A stretch of DNA of 64,000 bases, taken from NCBI RefSeq assembly GCF_009914755.1, contig NC_060928.1. One strand, given 5' to 3'. Shown here piece after piece: positions 45,501 through 59,450 of this stretch. The notes under the pieces are model-generated. The model saw nothing but the letters and a program-made list of their open reading frames with translations. It ran no database searches and was not told where the DNA came from. The DNA comes from the human T2T-CHM13v2.0 reference genome, Homo sapiens. A program made the position numbers and the translations under genes. Every line of letters starts with the position of its first letter. Positions within the stretch are counted from its first letter, which is position 1.

Positions 45501-45568
45501 TCACTCAGGTCCCAGGTGAGACTCCACGCGGAGAACCACGCGCCCCGCGCCGCTGCGGGCGCACACAT
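45425..45568 (-). promoter_or_regulatory. Overlapping out-of-frame uORF (47 aa)
   Basis: ATG at 45568, open to TAG at 45427-45425; spans Met1 and Met24 of ARSJ. Translation not demonstrated. Confidence 0.6.
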
Positions 45569-45635
45569 GCACCCAACAGACGGTGAAGACTCTCCACCTG
45601 GCAAGAAATCCTCCTCTCCTCTCAGCTGTCACCAT
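45501..45635 (-). promoter_or_regulatory. In-frame uORF (44 aa) whose TGA abuts the main ATG
   Basis: gacATGG (strong Kozak) at 45635, 44 sense codons, then GAG TGA ATG GCT. Translation not demonstrated. Confidence 0.65.
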
Positions 45636-45646
45636 GTCCGACAACT

Positions 45647-45721
45647 TTAATCTTCCAGAAGTGATGGCTTAATGGATGGGACTCCGGAAGAACAAGGAGG
45701 GCTCGCTCTTCTCCAGCACAT
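45647..45721 (-). promoter_or_regulatory. uORF (24 aa)
   Basis: gaaATGT at 45721, MCWRRASPPCSSGVPSIKPSLLED, TAA at 45649-45647. Confidence 0.55.
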
Positions 45722-48011
45722 TTCACTTTCTCCTCCTCCTCCCCCCTCCCTAGAGCAGCTTCCACCAAGGAAAAAAAAAAAGAAAAAAGTTAATATCTCC
45801 ACCCAAAAGTTCTCTGGAGAAAAAAACCAAGCAAGGAATTGAGAATCACAGTGGACAGGAACTTTTCGTGGCCAGAGCGCCCTCGACGTTGGGGAGCGAG
45901 GCTGACTCTCCTGGGAGTGCTGGTACGGAGGGCGGCGGGATCGGCCGTCTGTCCTGCGGTCCCCACACCTGGAAAGAACTGCGAAGTGGACGCGTCGCGT
46001 CTGGCTCTGATCAGACAGATAAACTGCCGTAGTGGACCGGCCTCCTGATCACCTTCTCCACTTTCCCAGGGCTATTTTCCCCAGTCCTTTCCTAGGCGTT
46101 TGCCAATCTCCCCGACACTCACCAGGCGGCGAAGTGAGGAAGAAGCCGTTTCCTGATCTCCCTCCACCTCCGCAGAAACTCCGGGCAGCAATTCCTTTTC
46201 CCCGCTGCTAGGGAGCCTGAAGGCCAAAGCCGGGTCCCTAGCCCCGCGGCCGGTCCGCGCGGAGCCCGCTTGGTCTTTGCGTAGTTGGCGCACCCGGCGC
46301 AGGCGCTGCAAACTGCGTGCGTTTTCTCAGCTAACTTATTTAGCTTTGGCACTCCGAGTTCTTTTGCCTCCTCCCTCTTTTCTCTCCAGTGAATCACAGA
46401 ACGGTACTTTCTTCCTGAGCTCCCCCGGGAAGAGGGGGAGGGGGAAAAGGACTGTTTAGAGGCTCGACCTTTCCTTTTTCTTTTCCGGGAGGTGGATGGC
46501 CAAGGCAGAGGAGGCTTTGCCAGAGAGAGAGCTGCGTGCTGCTCCAGCCCAGCGGGATTCCGGGGGATCCGCCTGGGCTACCGCGTCCCAAGAGTGTCGC
46601 CTCCTGCCCATCACCCCGCTAGAGGGAAAGGACGGCGGCGCGAATGGGGAAGGGTAAAGCGGGCACTTCTTTTCGTGGGGCTGTTGGTGAAGAGCCCCGT
46701 CTCCCATCCCTAAAGTTGCGCTTGCAAACTTTTTCTAGCTTCTGGAGGGAGTGAGAGAGAAGGAGCAGGAATAAAAACAAAATGCGTATGACACTCTTTC
46801 CTCTTTCCAACTTCCTTTGCAGGTTTTCCTTTACTAGTCCCCCCACCCCCATCATTTTCCTATTCCTTTTGTCCCTACCTTTTTTTTTTTTTTTTTCAGT
46901 AACGATGACAAATTTTTAAGTTTTATTTCCTCTCCCAATAGCTGGCTTTTACAGCCTGATTCTTCGTTACCCTTTCCCTATGTGAAAATACTGGAATTGC
47001 CCGCTCCCTCTTACCTCTCCCCTAACTTACCCACAGGGTGTCTCCAGCCAAAAGCCTGGAGAGGAAGAGTTATGCATTTCTCCTTCAAGAACCCCGAAGC
47101 CAGTCTGCATTCCTGCATTAAAGAAGCCAGTGTTTCCCATCCAGTAATTCAGGGAGCTTCATCATTTTTTTTCCTTCTTTCTTTTTTACCATGTGGAGGA
47201 AAACCATTGTAAAAACTTATCTTGGTTGTGAAAATACTCTTGATTTTACTAGAGTCATAGAGTTTTAAAGTCCTGCTCAAAGGCAGCAGAGGGATGTATA
47301 GTATAGTCTCTATAGAAGAGGCAATGAATGCCAAGAGCCACTGAGATATTTTTTTCTACCACCAAATTTATTCAACAGTTACTTACTGAATACCTACTGT
47401 GGGCTGGCACATAACATGTCAGATTCTCTCAATTGACTGAAACATAAATCTAGGTTTCATTTAGCCATTTATTTCTAATTCTCTCCTGTTGCTAAAGTTC
47501 CTGCTGAGTTCCCAGGCAAAACTTTGTGAAATGGGAACTTTGAAAGGCACGATGGTGCTCCATGAAGTTAACCTTGCTAGCTGCTGTAGGCCTTCTGGTC
47601 TCTGTTCTTCCTTGCAGCCCTTCTGGCTAAGCTGGGGAGAGATAGTCAGTTTTAGAAGCCATGTTCAGAAATGTGAGTTTAGCAATTCTGTAAATTAAGT
47701 CACCAAATATGTAATGAGAGTACTGAGTGTCAGGGGATTGAAAAGCATTGAGAGGTAGGGCCCTAGGCTTAATGGGCCTAGCCAGGTGCTTGAATGGGAA
47801 AGATGCAAACATTCTGGTCAATCTAGCCTTTTATTTGGGGAGATAGTGACTTCTTGTGACATAGCACAAGAAGTATCCATGTTCTGTGCAAGAAGGAGAC
47901 ACATTTTCAGTTGAGGTTCCAAGCAATAATAATAAAAAACAATCAAAATGTATGGAATACTTACCATGTGCTAACCATAGTATTCTATATACTGATACAT
48001 ACACACATATA

Positions 48012-48319
48012 CAGTCGCATCTATCAGGGATTAGTTTCAGAACCCTGAGGGATACCAAAATTCATGGATGTTCAAGTCCCTTATGTAAAATGGTGCACTA
48101 TGTGTATAAAACCTACATATTAATGTATCTTCTATGCTTTAAAACATCTCTATATTACTTATGATACCTAATACAATGTAAATGCTATGAAAATAGTTGT
48201 TGGACTGTATTATTTTTATTGTTGTATTGTTATTTTTTTTTCTTCTTTCCTTGAATGTTTCCAGTGTATAGTTGGTTGAGTCCCATAATGTAGACCCTGC
48301 GAATACAGAGGACTGACTG
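48012..48319. mobile_element. MER2 (Tigger-type DNA transposon MITE)
   Basis: ta-cagtc...gataccaaaattcatggatgttcaagtcccttatgtaaaatgg...gcgaatacagaggactgactg with terminal inverted CAGTC/GACTG. Confidence 0.85.
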
Positions 48320-50987
48320 GGTATGTTTGTTTATATAGTGCTATATACAGTTTATTTCTTTTCCATCTATATCAACCTTATGAGGTATTCTTCCACTCAA
48401 CAAGTATTTGGGGAGCTGGGCCAATGCTAGAGGACAGGAAGGTAATGATGCAATAAATCAGTCTCTGCTCTGTTGGAATATACACCAGAGTGAAGAAGAA
48501 ATACATTCATCAATGAATCACCCTACAACTCCAATAGTTACTTACTGTATTACTTACTATACAAATGTTCTGAAAAAAGGAACATTTTCAAAGAAATTTT
48601 AAAACAAAAAACGATTTAGACTGGGTACAATTACTGGGTGAGGTGGTTCAGGGGAGTGATATTTAAACTGAGGGCATGTTATTTTGTTTGCCGTTGGCTT
48701 TCTATAGAAAATTTAGACTTAGAAATCTGACTTCAAAGCTGATGGTTTACAAAAGATATTCTTCCTACAAATGGGCTTTAAAGTCTTTGCCAGCCACATA
48801 GCACAGAGACAACACAGCTGCCAGAGTTAGAATTCTAATCCCCACATGAGGCATGCAGACACTCTACGCTCAGGATAGAAGGACTGAATTCAGGCCCTAA
48901 AAGGTCATTTCTGGATTAAACAGCACTAACCCTAAGAAAGACTAAGAACTACTAACAATTAGTAATAAGAGCCGAGAAACAAGAATGGCCATGCCACAGT
49001 AGACCAAATGAGATGTGACTCAAAGAGGAAAATCAAAGTCAGCTGAGTGCCCTACCCACAGTAGGTAGGACTTATTTCACATCCCTGAGGAAGACACGGG
49101 GAATGACATCAGAGTCTATTGAACACCCTAAGCTTTATAGTTTATATACTGGTATTATAAGTACATATGCTTTGCATTTCTCATTATAGGTTTGGGTTTC
49201 ATGCGCTGTAAGCAACAGTTTTAGTGTTCTCATGAAGTGTCCAGTTAAAGACCCTCTGTAACTTACTAGATCTTTCCTGATTTTAGAATCAGCATTTTAG
49301 TATTCAGGCATCAGCTGCCCTTAGGCTTATTTCAGCTTGAATATGCTTATATTACACATAAACTGTAGTTGTGGAATGGTTATATAAAAATTTAAGCTGT
49401 TATTTGATTCAGAAAAAAAAGGAAAGAAAAATAGAATTGCCTAGAAATGAAATCTGTATGGACTGAGTATTCAAGTAAGGGTTAATCAGGAGGTGAGGTG
49501 AAGCTATGCCTTAAAGTATGATAAAAATTTAGGAAGGAGGAGAGAAAGTTAAAGGAAGGATATTTCAAATTAAAGAAAAGAGAAAGCCAGTTTGCTGAAC
49601 ACATGTTTGGATTGGAAGATTATGGGAAACAATGTTAGGAAATTCAGGTGACACCAGATATGAGGGACTTTGAAAAAGTATGAAGAGCTGGAACTTGATT
49701 CTGAGGTCATTAGGAGGAATGAAATCCTTTGAGTAGAACATAACATGACAAACTATTTTAGTGAGGTGATTTCTGGGATGGATTTATAGGGATAGAAGTT
49801 ACAAATGAGCTGCTTCAGTCCATCAAAATTTGAAGAGTTGTAACTTTACTCTGAGAGTACTGAACCTGTTGACTTCTTATTGGGTTTTTTTTTTTCTTGA
49901 TTAGAGTAAGACATGATGAAAAATATAGGAAAAGAATTCCCAGGACATTTTCAGGGAGAGACTTGAGGGAGTAAAGACTAGAATCACACAATTGCCACGG
50001 TGTGTAAAAACTGTACAGCAAAATATTCCTTAGGTTAAAAAACTATGCTTTGGTTTTGTTACCTGATGGGAGAAGAGCATTTATTAAAAACTTAGATTTA
50101 ATCAACTAAGAGGGGGGCAAAAGGGACAAAAGAATAAGGGACCCAAGATAGGACCTTGTTTAATTGGATAATAGAAAAGAATGAGTAGGTTAAATTGGGA
50201 GAATGGCCGTTAACAAAAAGGGATGGTATGAATAAGGCACAACAGGGTGCCCGGGGTTCCTCAAGGGACAGACCAAGGGTACTGGATGCCCAGAGGTTGG
50301 AGGGTGGAGTGACGGATTGGGTATGGGGAGCCTGTCAGTCAACATAAAAGCTAAGAAAATCACAAGCAAGCAGTAAAGTGGGTAGCTAAACAGTATTTCT
50401 TTGAAACATCGATGTTAAATCTCACCGTTAAAATGACATTTCCCACAGCCTCCCAATATGCATGGACTGAATAGCTTATGAATTTCATATACCTAAAAAA
50501 ATATTTGAAGGTATGCCTAGTAGGACAGCATGCCTGCCACACCATTCCCATTTCTTCTGTAGGTACTTATTTTCAGCTAAACATATACTCAAATTTCAAA
50601 AAGATACAGCTAAGTGTAGGTTTAAAAATAGTGAAAACAGCCAATCCAGAGATTTACAGACTATTAAAAAGATTTAAAACCCGATTGCTGCTTGGTTGCA
50701 TTTATAAGTACATTAAATACTCAAAATGAAGGAATGTCACTGTGTTTAAATTAATACACAAATAGTCTAAAACAGATGTTTACCCTAATATGATCATTTT
50801 GACATGAGATATAATATGACATGACATATAATAAACTCCTTATTAAGTATTATTAACTCTTTACTAGGCTATGGAACTTAGGCTGCTTTGAGCCATTAAG
50901 TTATCACAAGCAACATCCACTTTCTGATCACGACCAAGTAGGATGGCTAACTTGCTGGTTTAGTAAATGTTAAGTTGAGTTTGCTTC

Positions 50988-53238
50988 CGATATGGTTTGG
51001 CTGTGTGCCCACCCAAATCTCATCTTGAATTGTAGCTCCCATAATTCTCATGTGTCATGGGAGGGACCTGGTGGGAGATAATTGAATCATGGGGGAGGGT
51101 CTGTCCCGTGTTGTTCTCATGACTGTGAATAAGTCTCACAAGATCTAATGGTTTTATAAAGGGGAGTTCTCCTGCACATACTCTCTTTCCTGCTGTCATG
51201 TAAGCCATGACTTTGCTCCTCCTTGGCCTTCCACCATGACTGTGAGGCCTCCCCAGCCATGTGGAACTGTGAATCAGTTAAACCTCTTTTATTTATAAAT
51301 TACACAGTCTCAGGTATGTCTTTATTAGTAGCATGAGAACAGACTAATATAGTAAATTGACACCAGAAAAGTTGGATGCTGCTGTAAAGATACCTGAAAA
51401 TGTGGAAGCAACTATGGAACTGGGTAACAGGAAGAGGTTGGAACAGTTTGGAGGGCTCAGAAGAAGACATGAAAATGTGGAAAAGTTTGGAACTTCCTAG
51501 AGACTTGTTGAATGGTTTTGACCAAAAATGCTGATAGTGATATAGACAATGAAGTCCTCATTGAGGTGGTCTCAGATGGAGATGAAAAACTTGTTGGGAA
51601 TGGAGTAAAGGTCACTCTTGCTATGCAAAGACACTGGCAGCATTTTGCCCCTACCCTAGAGATTTGTGGATCTTTGAACTTGAGAAAGATGATTTAGAGT
51701 ATCTGGGGGAAGAAATTTCTAAGCCACAAAGCATTCAAGAGGAAGTAGAGCATTAAAGTTTGGAAAATCTGCAGCCTAACTATGCAATAGAAAAGTAAAA
51801 CCCATTTTCTGGGGAGAAATTCAAGTCTGCTGCAGAAATTTGCACAAGTAACAAGGAGCAGAATGTTAATCACCAAGACAATGGGGGAAATGTCTCCAGG
51901 GCATGTCAGAGACCTCTGTGGCAGACCCTTCCATCACAGGCCTGGAGGCCTAGGAGGAAAATATGGTTTCCTGGGCTAGGCCCAGGGCCCCCCTTTCTGT
52001 GTGCAGCCTCAGGACATGGTGCCCTGTGTTCCAGCTGTATCAGCTCCAGCTGTGGCTAAAAGGGGCCAACATACAGCTCAGGCTGTTCTACAGACAGTGC
52101 AAGCCCCAAGCTTTGGTGGCTTACACGTGGTGTTGGGCCTGTGGGTACACAGAAGTCAAGAATTGAGCTTTGGGAACCTCCACCTAGATTTCAGAGGATG
52201 TATGGAAATGCCTCGATGCTGCAGGCATGGACCCCTCAGGGAGAACCTCTGCTAGGGCAATGTGGAAGGGAAACGTGGGGTTGGAGCCCCCACACAGAGT
52301 CCCCACTGGGGCATGGCCTAGTGAATCTGTAAGAAGAGGACCACCGTCCTCCAGACCCCAGAATGGTAGATCCACTGAGAGCTTGCACCATGTGCCTGGA
52401 AAAGCTGCAGACACTCGATGCCAGCCTCTGAAAGCAGCCAGGAGTGGGACTGTACCCTGCAAAGCCACAGGGGTGGAGCTGCCCAAGGCCATGGGAGCCC
52501 ACCTCTTACATCAACGTCCTCTGGATGTGAGACACGGAGTCAAATGAGATCATTTTGGAACTTTAAGATGGAATGACTGTCCTGTTGGAATTTGGACTGG
52601 CATGGGGCCTATAGCCTCTTTGTTTTGGCCAATTTCTTCCATTTGGAACTGTTACATTTACCCAATGCCTGTACCCCTATTGAATGAAGTAACTAACTTG
52701 CTTTCGATTTTACAGGCTCATAGGCAGAAGGGACTTGCCTTGTCTCAGTTGAGACTTTGAACTGTGAACTTTTGAGTTAATGCTGAAATGAGTTAAGACT
52801 TTTGGGGGCTGTTGGGAGGCATGATTGCTTTTAAAATGTGAGGACATGAGATTTGGGAGGGGCCAGGTTTGGAATGATATGATTTGGCTGTGTCCGCACC
52901 CAAATCTCATGTTAAATTGTAGCACCCATAATTCCCATGTTTCATGGGAGGGACCCAGTGGGAGGTAATTGAATCATGGGGGCAGCTCTTTCCTGTGCTG
53001 CTATCTCATGATAGTAAATAAGGCTCATGATCTCTGATGGTTTTATAAAGGGGAGTTCCTCTGAATACACTCTCTTGCCTGCTGGCATGTAAGACATAAC
53101 TTTGCTCCTTATTCGCCTTCTGCCATGATTGTGAGGCCTCCCTAGCCACGTGAAACTGAGTCCAGTAAACCTCTTTCCTATATGAATTACCCAGTCTCAG
53201 GTATGTCTTTATTAGCAGCATGAGAATAGACTAATACA
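50988..53238 (+). mobile_element. Full-length THE1 (MaLR) element: LTR 50988-51351, internal 51352-52874, LTR 52875-53238
   Basis: Two ~364-bp direct LTRs, THE1-int body, purine tract before the 3' LTR and a perfect TSD gcttc (50983-50987, 53239-53243). Confidence 0.95.
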
Positions 53239-53610
53239 GCTTCCTTTTTTTGGAAAGTCTCTGTTGATTAGTAACAGTAATAATTTGTCAAGAAAAGATG
53301 AATGATGTGGGAGAATTAAAGTTCCAAACATGTATAAATGTAGCTACCCAAAAGCAGCAAGGTTTTTGACATCAGAAACTCAGACAATTTAAACTGTCAA
53401 AAAGATCTTTCTTTCATTCAACAAACATCTTTACCCAAAAGCAGACTTTTAAACAAAATTTTTATGATGAGAAAATCCTAAAATTTCTACATTTTAAAAA
53501 TCCACTCCTATTGCTTAAATTGTAAATAAGATTCTATATTATTTACATAGAAATTTTCTGTTTAGACTATCAAGTCCTGAACCTATCTGGACATTAGAAT
53601 CCATTCAGGA

Positions 53611-53932
<322 letters not shown>

Positions 53933-54579
53933 AAGGATCTTTTTTTAAAAAAGAAAATTCCCAGACCCAAGACCTAAATCAAAATACCCATAGTCTGCAA
54001 CTATTTATGTTACAGATAGTGCTGCAGATGATCCTGTGTGTGTTGAGTTTTGAAAACCACTGATTTACAATTTAAATCATGAAAAAGTTTTAATTGGACT
54101 GCTTACTTGGTAAAGACGGAGTCATTTACCAAATGCAATATGAGAAACAGCTGAAAAACAAATGGGCAAGCTAGAGTCGAAACATCTGAGGGCTGAGCAC
54201 CTAATTTCTGTCAGATGGCAGGAAGCAGCAAGGTTGAGATATGGCCAAGTCACCAGGATCAAGAAAAGAAGGGAGAGGCATTAAAGCCTAAGTGGGTGGA
54301 TGCCAGAGGCAACAGTCCATGCAGGCATTGCTGAATTCAGATACATTCAAACAAAAGACCAGGAAACGAGCTAAATTCTAAATCCAGCTGCTCCAAAGTG
54401 AAGTCTTTAGGCAAGATTCCTGGCATTCTCCTTGTGGCATGGGCCAGAGGTGGGAGGCACCAACCTCTTGAGATTAAAGTGGGCTGCTGTCTAGTTTCAA
54501 TGGGTCTAGACAGATGTGGAATCCAGGGTCAGGCTAATCCATAAGAGTAAGTGCCTGATGTGGCATCCAGGAAGCAGTA

Positions 54580-57029
<2,450 letters not shown>

Positions 57030-57818
57030 TAATGAAAGAAAGGAGAGACAAAAAATAAATCTCATGCTATATGAAAATAATATGTGAACATAAACTTTTC
57101 AAAATGAAATAAAGGGTAAGCATTCTGAGTAATAAACAACATTTGAATAAATGTGTTGATATGTGTTGCATAATTGTGTAGATTTCAGGGTAAAGCCCTG
57201 TTTTCTTTCCAAGCTCATTTGTACTTATTAATACTTTGACACTTTGGAACTGTATCTTTGTTAATGCCTGTGAATTCACATATAAGAAAAAAGCATTAGT
57301 TATCTATTCCCAGAGACCTTATCCTAAAAAAATTGATCCGCATCTTATAGCACATGCCAAAAGAAAAACATATCTAGTTGAAATTGGAAAGCTAAATGAA
57401 AAAATATCAAATTAAAGAAACCCAACAGAAAATTTAATTGAAATATATGTGGGTAAACTGTTCTATTTTCAGTTTTTAAATGATACAGAAATTTCAATAG
57501 CACATGATTGATTATAAAATACATTAAATAGACTATTAAATCAAAAGTCTTAACTGAGGTGCCAAGATTCAACGCTGTGATTTTCCAAAGAAGTGTGCCA
57601 GAACAAGGTGCCAATTTTCAAAGATTATTAAAAACCAGTTGGACAACTCTGAAAATTCCTATTCATATCAAGGTAATAAAAGGGTCACATCACAGAGGAT
57701 TTGTGAGAGACATTTTTTAAAAGTTAATGTGCCCTGAGTACACCTACACCTGCCTACATAGTCCAAGATGGAAGGTGCTGACCTGACCCATGAAATTCAA
57801 GTGGCATCTGGCTTCTGC

Positions 57819-58361
57819 CTAGGAAAGCCTCAGGACTGGCTGCTGCTGAAGCACAGGAAGGGAGGAGGTTACAGAAGCTGGGTAGCTCTCCACGAGTTTG
57901 TCGGGGTGAAGGATACTTGAGTGTTCCCTGGAAACCAGGTGTGGGCCACATGTGAAAAAAGCTGGCCTGGGGTTGCCTTCGGTCCTGTGCAGGAGGGCTT
58001 CTTGCAATCTTGAACAGACCTCTACAAAGAGAATCAAGGGTAGTTCTCCACTCTAAAGTGTTGACTCCACAGAATATGCTTGGAGATACCTTGTCCCATT
58101 TCAAGGGAACTGTAGATAGGAGATGCTCAGAGGTTGGTGGGGAGCCTGTATTCAAAAGATCACCTTTGTACACCTACCAGCCCCAGAGTGCACCATATTG
58201 GTCATATAAGAACTTTTGTCTCTGTCTGCACATTGATCCTGGAGGAGGAGAAGTTCAAGTTAACAAGCTAGGAAATACTAGGAAAGCCTCAGGACTGGCT
58301 GCTGATGAACCAGAGGAAGAGAGGCAGTTACAGAAGCTGGCTGGCTCCTCATGAGGTTGTC
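57819..58361. repeat. Degenerate direct repeat, ~84 bp units 459 bp apart
   Basis: ctaggaaagcctcaggactggctgctg...gttacagaagctgg...ttgtc at 57819-57902 and 58278-58361. Confidence 0.9.
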
Positions 58362-58699
58362 AAGCTAGGGAAGGAGGAGTAGCAATACTAGGCAGAGAAA
58401 GGTAGACATACTCTAGTTTTCCACACTGAAGTAGTACTGACCTGGGAAAGAATAAAATATTTACTTTAACTAAATTCTACAGTTTTTATAATGATATCTT
58501 TTTGGACATCCGAATTCTAAATTGAGATCAGGTTTTGTGATGTTCAGCAACCATGAGATCATTTGTTGGTTGAGAGTGACTCCAGAAGTCTCAGAGGTCA
58601 GAGAAGTCAGGCCCACAGAATTTAGTGTGACATTGAGAAATAAAAACAAAGATGCTCAAATAACTGGTTTTGCTTGTTCAGTGTAACAATTAGATATAA

Positions 58700-59450
58700 A
58701 GTTTTTAGTTGTATGAAAATTAATTTAAAAACTAAACCTAAAAAGGAAAATAAACTGGAAAAATATTTCCAGGAAATTAACAAAGAGTTTAATATGTATT
58801 TCATAAAAAATTCATTTAAATTTATAAGAAAAATATCTTAACCACAATAAATATGTAAAGAGCTTGAGCAAACAATTAATGCAAATAGAAATGAATAAAA
58901 AAGTAAAAATATGTATCTTATAATTAAAGAAATATAAAATAAGCAAATTTATGGCATATACTTATATCTAGTAAGTTAGTAGAAATAATGGTATATGATA
59001 TGTAATACTGGTAATATTGGAGTGAAACCAACTATTTACTGAGAACATTGGTTTGATACAGTCCTTTTAAAAATAACATAGCAATAATCACAAATAATAC
59101 AAACATCTCTATACATTAGCTTAGTAATAACATCCTTTGACATTTACCTCAAGAAAATGATTCAGCAGAATTCAAGGGTATATTCATGAATGTGGTCATG
59201 ATTAAACCATCTATAATAGAAAATATAGAAATAACCTTAATATTTGGTAAACATTAAGATGGCAAAAAAGAAGTAACCTTAATATTAAATAATAGGAAAT
59301 GAATTAATTTGATGTGATGCTATGACCATTAGAAGTGATCATTTTGAATAAACAAACCTAAAATATGCTTATAATGTAATACATATGGAAACTGAAAAAG
59401 ATATTTTGTATATCAGAACTATAACATATATTAAATATATGTTAACTATA
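58700..59450 (+). mobile_element. Very old L1M (L1ME-like) 3' remnant
   Basis: A-rich decayed pattern collinear with the L1 ORF2 end; boundaries uncertain. Confidence 0.45.

Larger units (their letters stand above)
45450..46720. promoter_or_regulatory. CpG island / ARSJ promoter and 5' UTR
   Basis: The only GC- and CpG-dense stretch in the window. NRF1-like GCGCAGGCGC at 46297-46306; no obvious TATA box. Confidence 0.88.

Noticed and set aside
45247-45504. 85-aa ORF overlapping the ARSJ exon
   Set aside because: It starts at GTG, not ATG; it is an alternative frame of a GC-rich exon with no recognisable homology.
45839-46855. Multiple 60-92 aa ORFs in the CpG island
   Set aside because: Expected in stop-poor GC-rich DNA; mostly non-ATG starts and no recognisable domains.
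51512-52547. Several overlapping ORFs in the THE1 interior
   Set aside because: Fragments of the decayed MaLR internal region, with stops and frameshifts.
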